Source: Gemmatimonadota bacterium | GTDB taxonomy: Bacteria; Gemmatimonadota; Gemmatimonadetes; Palauibacterales; Palauibacteraceae | Assembly: GCA_046484665.1 (NCBI GenBank) | Contig: JAWOIN010000069.1 | Span: 7,114 to 71,113 of the forward strand | DNA length: 64,000 bases | Direction: 5' to 3' | Shown here: in pieces, positions 37,032 to 47,651 of the stretch | Layout: each line of letters starts with the position of its first letter | Numbering within the stretch: position 1 is the first letter of the stretch | Notes under the pieces: generated by a model | Told to the model about the DNA's origin: nothing | The model's input: only the letters and a program-made list of their open reading frames with translations | The model's database searches: none | Position numbers and translations under genes: made by a program

Positions 37032-38108
37032 ATGACGCGGCGGATGATGCCGATCCTCTGCGCGCTCCTGGCGAGTGCCGGCGCTCTCCGTGCGCAGGAG
37101 CAGGAGCCGGAGCCGGTTCCGCGTGAGCGCTCCGAGCTCATTTACGCCGTGGGGGCCGACCTCTCGTTCCTGAAGGCGGCCGAGGACCGCGGCGTTCAGT
37201 TCAAGGACGGAGGCGCCGTGCGTCCCGGCCTGGACATCTTCCGGGACCACGGGTACGACTGGATCCGACTCCGGCTCTTCCACACGCCGACGGAGCTGCC
37301 CAACGACCTCGCCTACACGATCGCGCTGGCGCGGGAGGCGAAGGCGCGCGGGTTCAGGTTCCTGCTCGACTACCACTACGCCGACGGCTGGGCCGACCCG
37401 CAGAAGCAGCCGACGCCCGCCGCGTGGGACGACACCGACATCGACGTCCTGGTCGACTCCGTCTTCGCGTACACGGCCGCCACGATCCGCACGTTCAGGG
37501 AGGCGGGCGTGATTCCGGACATGGTCCAGATCGGGAACGAGGTCCGGAACGGGATGATGTGGCCCCTGGGCCGGCTCCCCGGGAACTGGGACAACTTCGC
37601 CCGGCTGTTCAAGGCGGGACTGGACGGGATCGACGCGGGTCGCGGCCAGGCGCCGCGCCCGCTGATCATGCTCCACTACGACAACGGGGCCGACGCACAG
37701 GGGGCGCAGGCGTTCTTCGAGAGGTTCGGCGAGTACGGAATCCCCTACGACATCATCGGCTACTCGTACTACCCCTGGTGGCACGGGAACCTGCTCGAGC
37801 TCCGGGACAACCTGCTGTCCACGCTTCACGCCTTCCCCGACAAGGACGTGATCCTCGTGGAGGTGGGCTACCGGCCCCGGGTGTACGAGGAGGAGGGACG
37901 GCTGCCTCCCTACGCGGCGGACGCTCCCGGGGGCCCGCGCAAGGCGTTCCTCGAGGCGGTGAACGAGACCCTGCTCGGGATCCCCGACCGGAGGATCAAG
38001 GGGATCTTCTGGTGGGAGCCGGCCAGCGGCTGCGACCGGGACTTCTTCGACGAGAACTGCGAGGCGCGGCCGGTGATCACCGTGTTCGACAGGTACAGGC
38101 GGAGATAG
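37032..38108 (+). CDS. glycoside hydrolase family 53 arabinogalactan endo-beta-1,4-galactanase
   Basis: GADLSFL, DWIRLRLF, VQIGNEV (catalytic Glu), WWEP motifs; signal peptide. Confidence 0.8.
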   Translation: MTRRMMPILCALLASAGALRAQEQEPEPVPRERSELIYAVGADLSFLKAAEDRGVQFKDGGAVRPGLDIFRDHGYDWIRLRLFHTPTELPNDLAYTIALAREAKARGFRFLLDYHYADGWADPQKQPTPAAWDDTDIDVLVDSVFAYTAATIRTFREAGVIPDMVQIGNEVRNGMMWPLGRLPGNWDNFARLFKAGLDGIDAGRGQAPRPLIMLHYDNGADAQGAQAFFERFGEYGIPYDIIGYSYYPWWHGNLLELRDNLLSTLHAFPDKDVILVEVGYRPRVYEEEGRLPPYAADAPGGPRKAFLEAVNETLLGIPDRRIKGIFWWEPASGCDRDFFDENCEARPVITVFDRYRRR

Positions 38109-38157
38109 AGGGAGGGAATGCGATGCACCCGAGGATCGCAGCGGAGGGCCTGCCGCG

Positions 38158-38541
38158 ATGAGCCCGGCAGCGGCGCCGGACCGGCAAGCTACGACCCTTG
38201 AGGTCGTCCGGCGCTTCAACGAGGCCTTCGGCCGCCGCGACATCGACGCGATCATGGCGCTGATGACTGACGACTGCGCGTTCGACAGCACCCGGCCGCC
38301 TCCGGACGGGGAACGCTTCGAGGGGAAGCAGGCGGTGAGGGCGTACCAGGAGGAGTTCTTCCGGCGCTCGCCCCGCGCCCGCTTCGACACGGAGGAAATC
38401 TTCGCGGTGGGTGACCGCTGCGTCGTCCGCTGGGTGTACCACTGGGTCCGGGAGGGGACGCCCGGACACGTCCGCGGCGTGGACATCTTCCGCATCCGGG
38501 ACGGGAACGTGGCCGAGAAGCTGTCCTACGTGAAGGGTTGA
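38158..38541 (+). CDS. NTF2/SnoaL-like protein (paralogue of 29806..30183)
   Basis: ORF track. Confidence 0.6.
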   Translation: MSPAAAPDRQATTLEVVRRFNEAFGRRDIDAIMALMTDDCAFDSTRPPPDGERFEGKQAVRAYQEEFFRRSPRARFDTEEIFAVGDRCVVRWVYHWVREGTPGHVRGVDIFRIRDGNVAEKLSYVKG

Positions 38542-38591
38542 GGAAGACGGGCGCTTGTTCGCGCGCCCGCACGGATCTAGCGTCCGTTCCC

Positions 38592-40289
38592 ATGAAATTC
38601 GTTCCCGCCCTGCTCGCATCGGTCGTCGAGGGAGCGACGGTCCGCCGCAACATCCGGGTGCTGCTCCGCTTCCTGGCGGTGCTGCTCGGTCTCATCACGC
38701 TGTACTCGGTCCTCTTCCACGTGCTGATGGCGCGGGAGGGACAGGACCACTCCTGGGTAACCGGCGTCTACTGGACGCTCACCGTGATGTCGACGCTCGG
38801 CTTTGGAGACATCACTTTCCAGAGCGACCTCGGGCGCGTCTTCTCGATCGTGGTGCTGCTCTCGGGGGTGCTCTTCCTCCTGATCGTTCTCCCCTTCACG
38901 TTCATCCAGTTCTTCTACGCACCTTGGCTCGAGGCGCAGACGAGGCGCCGGGTGCCGCGCGATGTGCGGGGAGACGTGCGGGAGCACGTCATCCTGACGG
39001 CGTTCGACCCCGTGGCCTCTGCCCTCGCCCGTAGACTCACGGAACACAGCCGACCCTGGTTTCTGCTCGAAGGCGACCTCCAGCGGGCGCTCGAACTCGA
39101 GCAGCAGGGCGTCTCCGTGATCCTGGGCGAAATGGACGACCCCGAGACGTACGGGCGGCTCCGGCTCGAGACCGCCGGAATGGTCGTCGCGACGGCCGAT
39201 GACTTCACGAACACGAACATCGTCCTGACGGTGCGCGAGGTCGATGGTCGCGTACCCGTCACCGCGTTCGTGCGGAGCCCTGCTTCCGTCGACGTCCTCC
39301 AGCTCGCGGGCGCGAGCCACGTGCTGCAGCTGACGGAAATGCTCGGGCGCAGCCTCGCCCGTCGGGTGGTGGGAGGCCTGGGGGGTGCGAACGTCCTGGG
39401 CAGCTTCGGGGAGCTGCTGATCGCCGAGGCCCCGGTCACGGGCACGCCAATGATCGGACGTCGTCTCGGCGAGGGATGGCTGCGTCGCGAAACGGGCCTC
39501 ACGGTGGTGGGCGCCTGGGAGCGGGGCCACTTCCGGACACCGGGCCGCGAGACGACGATCCAGCCCTCGACCGTCCTAGTGCTGGCGGGCACGCGCGAGC
39601 AGCTCACCCGCTTCGACGAGTTCACCGCCATCTACACGTCGTCCGCCGCTCCCGTGCCGATTCTCGGAGGCGGGCGAGTGGGGAGGGCGGTCGCCGCGGC
39701 GCTCTCCGAGCGTGAGATCCCGTGCCGAATCGTCGAGAAGAACCCCGACCGCGTTCGCCTTCCCGAGATCACGATCGAGGGCGACGCGGCCGACCTCGAG
39801 GTGCTCGAGAGGGCGGGTATCCGCGAGGCGCCGAGCGCGCTGGTGACCACCGCAGACGACGCGACGAACATCTTCCTCACGAACTATGTCCGCAAGCTGC
39901 GCCCCGACATCCAGCTGATCAGCCGGGCCACCCTGGAGCGGAACGTCACGACCCTGCACCGGGCGGGCGCGGACTTCGTGATGTCGTATGCATCGATGGG
40001 CGCCAACGCGGTGCTCAACCTCCTCGAGGGGGGCGACATCATCATGGTGGCGGAGGGGCTCGACGTCTTCCGGAGCCCGGTGCCGAGGGAGCTGCGCGGA
40101 GTGCCGCTCGCCGAGTCCGGGATTCGCGAGTCCACCGGCTGCAGCGTGGTCGCGTTCGAGGTCGGCGAGGAGGTGCGCGTAAACCCGCCGGCATCGGCTC
40201 CGCTGCCGGCGGCCGACGGCGCCGAGCTGATCCTGATCGCGACGACGGAGAACGAGCGGCGCTTCGCGGAGCACTACGAGTCGGGCTGA
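38592..40289 (+). CDS. potassium channel (2TM pore, TxGFGD filter) with tandem RCK/TrkA domains
   Basis: TVMSTLGFGDIT selectivity filter; two Rossmann-like RCK N domains (ILGGGRVG). Confidence 0.75.
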   Translation: MKFVPALLASVVEGATVRRNIRVLLRFLAVLLGLITLYSVLFHVLMAREGQDHSWVTGVYWTLTVMSTLGFGDITFQSDLGRVFSIVVLLSGVLFLLIVLPFTFIQFFYAPWLEAQTRRRVPRDVRGDVREHVILTAFDPVASALARRLTEHSRPWFLLEGDLQRALELEQQGVSVILGEMDDPETYGRLRLETAGMVVATADDFTNTNIVLTVREVDGRVPVTAFVRSPASVDVLQLAGASHVLQLTEMLGRSLARRVVGGLGGANVLGSFGELLIAEAPVTGTPMIGRRLGEGWLRRETGLTVVGAWERGHFRTPGRETTIQPSTVLVLAGTREQLTRFDEFTAIYTSSAAPVPILGGGRVGRAVAAALSEREIPCRIVEKNPDRVRLPEITIEGDAADLEVLERAGIREAPSALVTTADDATNIFLTNYVRKLRPDIQLISRATLERNVTTLHRAGADFVMSYASMGANAVLNLLEGGDIIMVAEGLDVFRSPVPRELRGVPLAESGIRESTGCSVVAFEVGEEVRVNPPASAPLPAADGAELILIATTENERRFAEHYESG

Positions 40290-40385
40290 CTCCGGCGAAG
40301 CGGACGGAGAGCTCCGACGCGGGACGGGCGAGCCCGTCCGCGGTCGGGAGCGGATCGTGCAACCCCGAACGACAGGGAGGCTCCG

Positions 40386-40574
40386 ATGCGACCTTCCGCA
40401 CTGGTGACGGTTCTCTTCCTCGCGCTGGTGGCTCTCGCTCATCTGGCGCGCCTGGTCCTGCACCTCGAGATCACGGTCGATCAGGTGACCGTGCCCCCCT
40501 GGGTGAGCTGGCTCGCCGTCATCGGGCCGGGCGCCCTGGCGATCTGGCTCTGGCGTGATCGAGGGAGGAGCTGA
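40386..40574 (+). CDS. small membrane protein
   Basis: ORF track; two hydrophobic helices. Confidence 0.35.
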   Translation: MRPSALVTVLFLALVALAHLARLVLHLEITVDQVTVPPWVSWLAVIGPGALAIWLWRDRGRS

Positions 40575-40577
40575 GCC

Positions 40578-41969
40578 GTGCGTTGCGCCGCGCTCCTGCT
40601 CGTGGCTCTCGTCGGCCCGGGGGGCTGCGCCGCTCCCGACGACGCCACCCATTCCTCAGACCCGTACCAGCCGAGGACCTACGTGCAGATCGAGCACCCC
40701 GAGTGGACCCGTTCGGCCACTCTCTATCAGCTGAACACCCGCCAGTTCACAGAGGAGGGCACGCTTCGCGCGGCGATGGAGCAGCTCCCGCGGCTCGAAG
40801 GGTTGGGCGTCGACATCGTGTGGCTGATGCCGATCCACCCGATCGGCGAGGTGAACCGGAAGGGCACGCTCGGCAGCCCGTATTCCGTCAGGGACTACTA
40901 CGCCGTGAACCCCGAGCTCGGAACGCTGGACGACCTGAAGGCGTTCGTGGGCGCGGCGCACGAGCGGGGCATGCACGTCATCCTCGACTGGGTCGCGAAC
41001 CACACGGCGTGGGACAACCCGCTGGTCGAGGAGCACCCCGACTGGTACGAGCGGGACTGGAAGGGAGACTTCCGTCCCACCCCGTGGTGGGACTGGTCCG
41101 ACATCATAGACCTCGACTACTCGCAGCCGGGCGTGCGTCGGTACATGACGGAGGCGATGAAGTTCTGGGTCGCCGAGGCGGACGTGGACGGCTTCCGCTG
41201 CGACGTCGCGGGGTTCGTGCCGATCGACTTCTGGGAGCACGTCCGGGCCGAGCTCGACGCGATCAAGCCCGTGTTCCTGCTCGCCGAATGGGAGTCGCGG
41301 GATCTCCACGCGCGGGCGTTCGATGCCACGTACGCCTGGGGCTGGTACGACGCCGTGCACCGGATCACGATCGGCGACGCGGACGTGAGCGCCCTCTTCG
41401 TCTACTACTCCTGGAACGAGAGCGCCTGGCCGCCGAACAGCATGCGGATGACGTTCGTGAGCAATCACGACAAGAACGCGTGGGAAGGGACGCAGTTCGA
41501 GCAGTTCGGAGACGGGCTCGAGGCGGCGATCGTCCTTTCCGTGGTCGGTGACGGGATTCCCCTGCTCTACAACGGGCAGGAGGCCGGCAACCCGAAACGG
41601 CTCGCCTTCTTCGAGCGGGACCCGATCGCGTGGCGTGAGCACCAGATCGGAGAGCTCTACCGCCGGCTGTTCGCGCTGAAGCACGAGAACACGGCGCTGT
41701 GGAACGCGAAGTGGGGCGCCAGGATGGTGAAGGTGCCGAACGACGCCGAGGCCGCGGTGCTGAGCTTCGTTCGTCGGAACGACCGCGACCGGGTGTTCGC
41801 CGTGTTCAACTTCTCCGACGAGGCACGCACGGTGGAGTTCCGCGGCGGCCTGCACCGCGGCGACTACCTGGACTACTTCGGCGGCGAGCGCTTGACGTTC
41901 GACACGTCGACCACGCTGCGGCTCGGTCCCTGGGCTTACCGGGCCTTCGTTCGCGCGAGCGGCGGGTGA
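40578..41969 (+). CDS. alpha-amylase family glycoside hydrolase (GH13), secreted
   Basis: GVDIVWLMPI, GMHVILDWVANH, GFRCDVAG, FVSNHD conserved regions I-IV. Confidence 0.85.
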   Translation: MRCAALLLVALVGPGGCAAPDDATHSSDPYQPRTYVQIEHPEWTRSATLYQLNTRQFTEEGTLRAAMEQLPRLEGLGVDIVWLMPIHPIGEVNRKGTLGSPYSVRDYYAVNPELGTLDDLKAFVGAAHERGMHVILDWVANHTAWDNPLVEEHPDWYERDWKGDFRPTPWWDWSDIIDLDYSQPGVRRYMTEAMKFWVAEADVDGFRCDVAGFVPIDFWEHVRAELDAIKPVFLLAEWESRDLHARAFDATYAWGWYDAVHRITIGDADVSALFVYYSWNESAWPPNSMRMTFVSNHDKNAWEGTQFEQFGDGLEAAIVLSVVGDGIPLLYNGQEAGNPKRLAFFERDPIAWREHQIGELYRRLFALKHENTALWNAKWGARMVKVPNDAEAAVLSFVRRNDRDRVFAVFNFSDEARTVEFRGGLHRGDYLDYFGGERLTFDTSTTLRLGPWAYRAFVRASGG

Positions 41970-42419
41970 ACCGATGATCGTGCCCCCGAGCGCTGCGACC
42001 GCCGCGTCGCGCTGCCGGAGTCCGAGCTGTCGGCGCGAGGCGTGACTCCTTGACGGCCGCGCCCGGCGTCCCGGGCGGGCCGAGGGGAACGCCCAACCGC
42101 TTCGAGCGCGGACGTGCGGCCTCCGATGTATGGCACAATGAGAGACGCCGGCGTGCGGGCCCGGAAGGTCGCACGCCAGGTCGAGGCCGTGGTCACAGCA
42201 CCTCCGCGGAGCCGGTCCTCCCCGCATCTTCCGGCAGGGCACGACCCTGCGGACCGTTGACATCGGTGGACCCCCCGGGCGAGAGTGGCCGGGACGGGTC
42301 GTGGCATCCCTCTTGCTCGACGAGGCCGCGAGGGTTCGCGCCGTGGCTGACGGGCACGCCGGCGTCCGACGCGTGGTCGGAGCGCGACCCGTCACCTCAC
42401 AATTCGGGGGGGTCTTCCG

Positions 42420-42992
42420 GTGAACGATCGCCCGTTCGTCGACCACTACGAGGTCCTGCAGGTCAGCCAGAGCGCCGAGATCGAGACGATCGAGCGCGTC
42501 TTCCGGCTGCTCGCGAAGCGCTACCACCCGGACAACGGGGATTCAGGCGAGGAGGAGCGGTTCCGAGAGGTGCACGACGCGTACGAGATCCTGATTGACC
42601 CGACGAGGCGCGCCGAGTACGACGTGCAGTACGACAAGAACAAGAGCATCCAGTGGAAGCTGTTCGAGCAGGGCGCGGCGCTGAACACGCGCGAGGACGA
42701 CAGGCGAATCTTCCACGGCATCCTGTCGCTCCTCTACGTGGCGCGGCGCCGGAACCCCGACTCCGGAGGGCTCGGGTCCGTGAAGCTCGAGCAGATGCTG
42801 GGCGTCCCGCGCGAGCACCTCGAGTTCCCGATCTGGTACCTGAAGAAGCGAGGCTGGGTCGAAACGCTCCCGTCGGGCGAGCTGGCGATCACCGTGGACG
42901 GGATCGACAGGATCAGCACGGAGGAGATGTCGTTCCCGGACACCCGCCTGCTGCCGGAGCCCAGGATGGAGGCGGAGGCCCGGGCGGGTTGA
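42420..42992 (+). CDS. J-domain (DnaJ-like) protein
   Basis: DHYEVLQV...LAKRYHPDN (HPD motif). Confidence 0.7.
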   Translation: MNDRPFVDHYEVLQVSQSAEIETIERVFRLLAKRYHPDNGDSGEEERFREVHDAYEILIDPTRRAEYDVQYDKNKSIQWKLFEQGAALNTREDDRRIFHGILSLLYVARRRNPDSGGLGSVKLEQMLGVPREHLEFPIWYLKKRGWVETLPSGELAITVDGIDRISTEEMSFPDTRLLPEPRMEAEARAG

Positions 42993-43936
42993 GCGGGCGG
43001 CGGGGCGGCCGTCTCGCGGTCCCGCTCGCGATCCTCGCGCTCTCCGGGCCGGGGTCGGCGCCGGCTCAGCAGGTCGCGGACTCGGCGTTCAGGCCGGTCG
43101 TCGGAGCCCCGGCTTATCCCGACGGCGGAGGGCCCGTCGTCCTGATCGACGGCGGCCACCACAACTTCCACACCGTCGACGGCCGCTTCCTCCCGTTCGC
43201 CGAGCTGCTCCGTCGCGACGGCTACGCGGTGCGCGGGTCGACGGGCCCGTTCACGGCCGAGCTGCTCGCGGACGCGGACGTGCTCGTCGTGTCGAACGCC
43301 CTCGCCGAGCGCAATCTCGAGGAGTGGACGCTGCCCACGCCGTCCGCGTTCGCGGAGCACGAGATCGACGCCGTGGAGAGGTGGGTCCGGGACGGCGGCG
43401 GGCTCCTGCTGATCGCCGACCACATGCCGTTCCCGGGCGCCGTGGTGGAGCTCGCGGCGCGCTTCGGCGTGTTCGTCGGGAACGGCTTCGCCTTCCCGCC
43501 GGACAGCTCGGGCCTCGTCCGGTTCCGGCGCGCGGCCGGCTCGCTGCGACCGCATCCGATATCGATCGGACGGGCGGCGGACGAGCGCGTCGACGTCGTG
43601 ATCTCGTTCACGGGCCAGGCGTTCCGACTGGCTGCGGAGATCGACGCTTACCCGCTCCTCGTCCTCGAGCCGGGCTCGACCCTCCTGCTTCCGGTCACGG
43701 CCTGGGAGTTCTCCGAGCAGACGCCCCGCATCGGCGCGGAGGGGATGCTCCAGGGCGCGGCGCTTCGCGTCGGGGCGGGACGGGTGGCCGTGTTCGGCGA
43801 GGCGGCGATGTTCACGGCTCAGCTCGGGGGGCCGGAGCGCCGGCCGATGGGGATGAACTTCCCGGAGGCCGCGCGGAACGGCCAGTTCGCGCTGAACGTC
43901 CTGCACTGGCTCACGGGGCTTCTCCCCGCGCGGTGA
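42989..43936 (+). CDS. secreted hypothetical protein (TTG start overlapping upstream stop)
   Basis: Signal peptide; coding bias. Confidence 0.4.
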   Translation: MSGRRGGRLAVPLAILALSGPGSAPAQQVADSAFRPVVGAPAYPDGGGPVVLIDGGHHNFHTVDGRFLPFAELLRRDGYAVRGSTGPFTAELLADADVLVVSNALAERNLEEWTLPTPSAFAEHEIDAVERWVRDGGGLLLIADHMPFPGAVVELAARFGVFVGNGFAFPPDSSGLVRFRRAAGSLRPHPISIGRAADERVDVVISFTGQAFRLAAEIDAYPLLVLEPGSTLLLPVTAWEFSEQTPRIGAEGMLQGAALRVGAGRVAVFGEAAMFTAQLGGPERRPMGMNFPEAARNGQFALNVLHWLTGLLPAR

Positions 43937-44011
43937 CGCCGGGTCGGTCGAAACGCCCGCGACGCCTCCGGACGGCCCCGCGGGAGGCCGTCCGGCGCGC
44001 CGGGAGACGAC

Positions 44012-45082
44012 TCAGTGGTCGGTCTGGCAGGGCACGACAGGAGCGGGCCCTGCGCCAGCGCCTTCGTCCCACCGGCCCGGCGGCGGGCAGTAGCCGAGCA
44101 TGTACCGCCAGGCGGGCCGCAGCACGGGAACGCCGTCCGCGGTGAAGGGAGTGAACGGGTCCACGCCCGTGCTGGCGTGCGGGAACGGAGCGGCGAAGGA
44201 CCCGTTGGACGGCGTGACGTTCGTGATCAGCATCCGGGCGCCGTCGTAGGGAGGAACGCTCGCCTCCGGGACGACGGGCCCGCCGAAGGCGTCCATCCCG
44301 AGCGCCACCCAGTTTGCCAGCACCCCGGGGCGGAACTGGTTGTCCTGCTGGTGCACGAGCCCGTAGAGACGGCCCGGCGGGGTCACCCCGGGAGTCACCC
44401 AGGCGGCGGCCACGCCGCCGATCGCGTCCGTGACCCCCGACAGCATCACGGCCCGGTCGATCCTCCGCATCTTGGCGAGCATCGCCGCGTATCCGGCCCC
44501 CTGCGACACGCCACCCACGGCGATGTGCGCCCACTTCGGCTCGCCGCCCGCGAGGAACTGGCTCCAGCCGTCCCCGGGGCGGTTCGCGGCCAGGTACTCG
44601 AGCAGACGGGTCAGGCGGTTGTCGATGCTGTTGGCTCGGTCGATCGTCACGAAGGACGAGACGTCCTCGCCCGTGATTCCCTCCAGCCTCGTGGTCTCGT
44701 AGCAGGCGTCAGGGTCCGGGGCCGGACCGCAGAACGAGACGAGGCCCGGGTCGTTGGGATACGAGAGGCCGATCACGAGGTACCCCAGGCGCGCGGCCTC
44801 GGCCTGTACGACCTCGCCCGTCCCCGGTCCGACCCGGCTGCCGGGCAGGAACATGAACAGCCGCCCGTTCCTCCCCCGGGCGGGCACCCGGATGATGTAG
44901 TCGTCGAGGCCGACGTCGATACCCGGGTCGGTGAGATCCGGACGGATGGTCCAGCGCTCGATCGGCGGATCGGCATGGGCCTGCGAAGAGAGCGAGGTCG
45001 TTGGCGCCAGCAGCTCCTCCGTGTCCGCGCACGAGGTCGCGAACACGACGAGCGACAGGGCGAGCGTGAGTCTTCGGGTCAT
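44012..45082 (-). CDS. alpha/beta-hydrolase-fold lipoprotein
   Basis: Lipobox ATSC; GVSQGAG nucleophile elbow. Confidence 0.55.
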   Translation of the reverse strand: MTRRLTLALSLVVFATSCADTEELLAPTTSLSSQAHADPPIERWTIRPDLTDPGIDVGLDDYIIRVPARGRNGRLFMFLPGSRVGPGTGEVVQAEAARLGYLVIGLSYPNDPGLVSFCGPAPDPDACYETTRLEGITGEDVSSFVTIDRANSIDNRLTRLLEYLAANRPGDGWSQFLAGGEPKWAHIAVGGVSQGAGYAAMLAKMRRIDRAVMLSGVTDAIGGVAAAWVTPGVTPPGRLYGLVHQQDNQFRPGVLANWVALGMDAFGGPVVPEASVPPYDGARMLITNVTPSNGSFAAPFPHASTGVDPFTPFTADGVPVLRPAWRYMLGYCPPPGRWDEGAGAGPAPVVPCQTDH

Positions 45083-45220
45083 CGTTGTCCTCCTGTGGAC
45101 GCGGGGGCCTCGGTCGCCGGAATGGCTGGCCCGCGGCCGTCCCCCGGCCGTCGCCCGTCCGTCACCCGGGAGGCCGTCGGCCCCTCACACATCACCGATC
45201 CGTCGGCGTATACTCGGGCG

Positions 45221-47557
45221 ATGATCCGACTCTACGGGCTGGGCGCGGTTCGGCTGCGAGCGGCCGACGGGGAGCTGACGCGGGTTCTCGCGCAGCCGAA
45301 GCGGCTCGCCCTGCTCGCGTACCTCGCCCTCCCGCCCGGCGGCTTCCACCGCCGCGACACCCTGGTCGCGCTCCTCTGGCCCGACGCGGACGATGCCCGG
45401 GCGAGGGCGGCCCTCCGCAACAGCCTCTATTTCCTGCGTCGCCACCTCGGCGACGACGTCGTGGTCACGCGGGGCGACGGCGAGGTCGGACTCGATCCGG
45501 CCAGGTTCTGGTTCGATGCCGCCGCGCTCGAGGCGGCCCTCGAGTCGGGCCTGCACGAGCAGGCGCTCGAGCTCTACGGAGGCGACCTCCTGTCGGGCTT
45601 CTTCGTGTCGGACGCGCCGGGATTCGAGGAGTGGCTCGAGGGCCGGCGCGCGTGGCTCCGGCGTGCCACGGCGCGCGCGGCGGCCGCGGTCGCGGACGCG
45701 AGCGCGACCGCCGGGGATCTGTCGATGGCGGTCGAGGGCGCACGGCGGGCCTGCGTCCTCGACCCGTTCGACGAGGCGTCCGTGCGACGGCTGATCGCGC
45801 TGCTGGATGCTCGCGGCGACCGGGCCGGAGCGCTCGAGACGTACGGTCGGTTCCGCGAGCTGCTGGCCCGGGAGTTCGCGACCGCCCCGTCTCCCGAGAC
45901 GGACGAGATCGTGTCGCGGCTCCGACGCCGCGAGGAGACGAACCCGGAGGTGGTGGCCTCCGCGCTGCGGAGGCCGGGGGCGAGCGTTGCGGGTCGCGGC
46001 GCGGAGGCGGCTCCGTCGGAGGCCCTTCCTGCGGAGGTCGCGGCAGGCAGGGCCGCGAAGACGTGGCGCGGGAGCGGGCGTCGCAAGCTGGCGCTCGGCG
46101 GCCTGGCGCTCGGCGGCCTGCTGCTCGCGGCCGCGATCGCCGCCGGGGGGATGCTGCGCCGGTCGAGCGTCGCCTCGTCGGAGACGGCGGTCGTGCTCCT
46201 GCCTCTGGCGAACGCCACCGGCGACGGGAGCTTCGACTACCTGGCGGAAGGCTTCGCGCACTCCACCGCGGAACGCCTCGCCCGCGTGCCCGGACTGAAG
46301 CTCCTGCCCGGAAGGAGTGCGCCCGACAGCATCCGGGACGACCCGCGTCGCGTGGCGCTGTCGCTCGGCGGATCCGCGGCGCTCTCCTGGTCCCTGGTGG
46401 GCACCGACTCGGCCCTCGTCGTCCGGGCCGAGCTGGTTCGCGCGTCCGACGGCGTCCGGCTTTGGGCCTGCGACTGCCCTCTCCGCCTTCCCGAGCTCGC
46501 GCGAACGGAAGACCCGATCGTCCGCGCCATCTCCGAGCGGCTCGTCCCGGTCCGGGCGACGGCGAGCGCGCCACAGCGGGCCCGGCCGTCATCGACGCCG
46601 GAGAGCCGGCTCCTCTACCTGAAGGCCCGGCACTACTGGACCAAGCGGACGGGCGCCGACTACTGGAGGGCGCTCGCGCTGCTGCAGCGCGCGATCGACG
46701 AGGACCCGGCGAACGCCGAGGCGTACGCCTGGCTCAGCGCGACGTTCGGCGCGATGGCCGTGTACGGCTTCCTCCCGCCGCACGAGACGTTCCGTCGGGC
46801 GGAAGCGGCGGCGCTCCGCGCCGTGGAGCTGGACGAGGGCCTGGCCGACGCTCACAGCGCCGTCGGCGCGATCCGTGCCCTCTACGACTGGGACTGGGAC
46901 GCGGCCGAGCGGGAGCTCCGCAGGGCGCTCGAGCTCGATCCCGGTTTCGCGGAGGCCCGCAACGTCCTCGCGCACGCGTACCGCGCGATGGGACGGTACG
47001 ACGAGGCCCTCGTCGAGGCGCACCTGGCGGCCCGGCTGGACCCGCTCGAGCCCTATTACGAGCACCACATCGGCAAGCTGCTGTTCTGCTCCGGGCGGAA
47101 CGGCGAGGCGATCGGACATTTGCGTCGGTCGATGCGCTGGGATGCCGCCCTGCCGATCGCGCGACGGACGCTGATCGCCGCCCTGGCTCGCCAGGGAAGT
47201 CCCGACTCGGCGCTCGTCGCGTGGCACGAGTCGTCCGTTCTCGCGGGAGACACCTCCGAAGCGCGGCTGGTCGCGGCCCACCGGGAGGAGGGCCTCGCGG
47301 CGACCGTGCGCGCGGCGGGGCGCGCGGAGCTGAAGTCGGCGGAGGCGGCGGTGCTCAGGGGCGAGTACGTCGCTCCCATGCGTCTCGCGGGCGCTCACGC
47401 CCGGGCGGGACACCGCGAGGCGGCGATGGAAGCGCTTCAGCGCGCCGTGGCCGACCGCGACCCGCAGGTCCTCTTCTTCCGATGCGACCCGTCGTTCGAC
47501 GGGCTCCGCGACGATCCGCGGTTCGAGGAGGCGGCCCGCCGGATCGGCCTGCCCTGA
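45221..47557 (+). CDS. membrane-anchored SARP/BTAD-type transcriptional regulator with C-terminal TPR domain
   Basis: Winged-helix (LAQPKRLALLAYLAL..HRRDTLVALLWPD), BTAD (ALELYGGDLLSGF), one TM (LALGGLALGGLLLAAAIAAGG), TPR repeats. Confidence 0.75.
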   Translation: MIRLYGLGAVRLRAADGELTRVLAQPKRLALLAYLALPPGGFHRRDTLVALLWPDADDARARAALRNSLYFLRRHLGDDVVVTRGDGEVGLDPARFWFDAAALEAALESGLHEQALELYGGDLLSGFFVSDAPGFEEWLEGRRAWLRRATARAAAAVADASATAGDLSMAVEGARRACVLDPFDEASVRRLIALLDARGDRAGALETYGRFRELLAREFATAPSPETDEIVSRLRRREETNPEVVASALRRPGASVAGRGAEAAPSEALPAEVAAGRAAKTWRGSGRRKLALGGLALGGLLLAAAIAAGGMLRRSSVASSETAVVLLPLANATGDGSFDYLAEGFAHSTAERLARVPGLKLLPGRSAPDSIRDDPRRVALSLGGSAALSWSLVGTDSALVVRAELVRASDGVRLWACDCPLRLPELARTEDPIVRAISERLVPVRATASAPQRARPSSTPESRLLYLKARHYWTKRTGADYWRALALLQRAIDEDPANAEAYAWLSATFGAMAVYGFLPPHETFRRAEAAALRAVELDEGLADAHSAVGAIRALYDWDWDAAERELRRALELDPGFAEARNVLAHAYRAMGRYDEALVEAHLAARLDPLEPYYEHHIGKLLFCSGRNGEAIGHLRRSMRWDAALPIARRTLIAALARQGSPDSALVAWHESSVLAGDTSEARLVAAHREEGLAATVRAAGRAELKSAEAAVLRGEYVAPMRLAGAHARAGHREAAMEALQRAVADRDPQVLFFRCDPSFDGLRDDPRFEEAARRIGLP

Positions 47558-47651
47558 CGGGAACCGGGCAGCGGCCCGCGTTTACCAGCAGAGGTGAGCG
47601 GCGGCGCGGCAGCCGTCGGTCCCTCTCCCCGTTCGTGCGCGAGGTTCCCGC

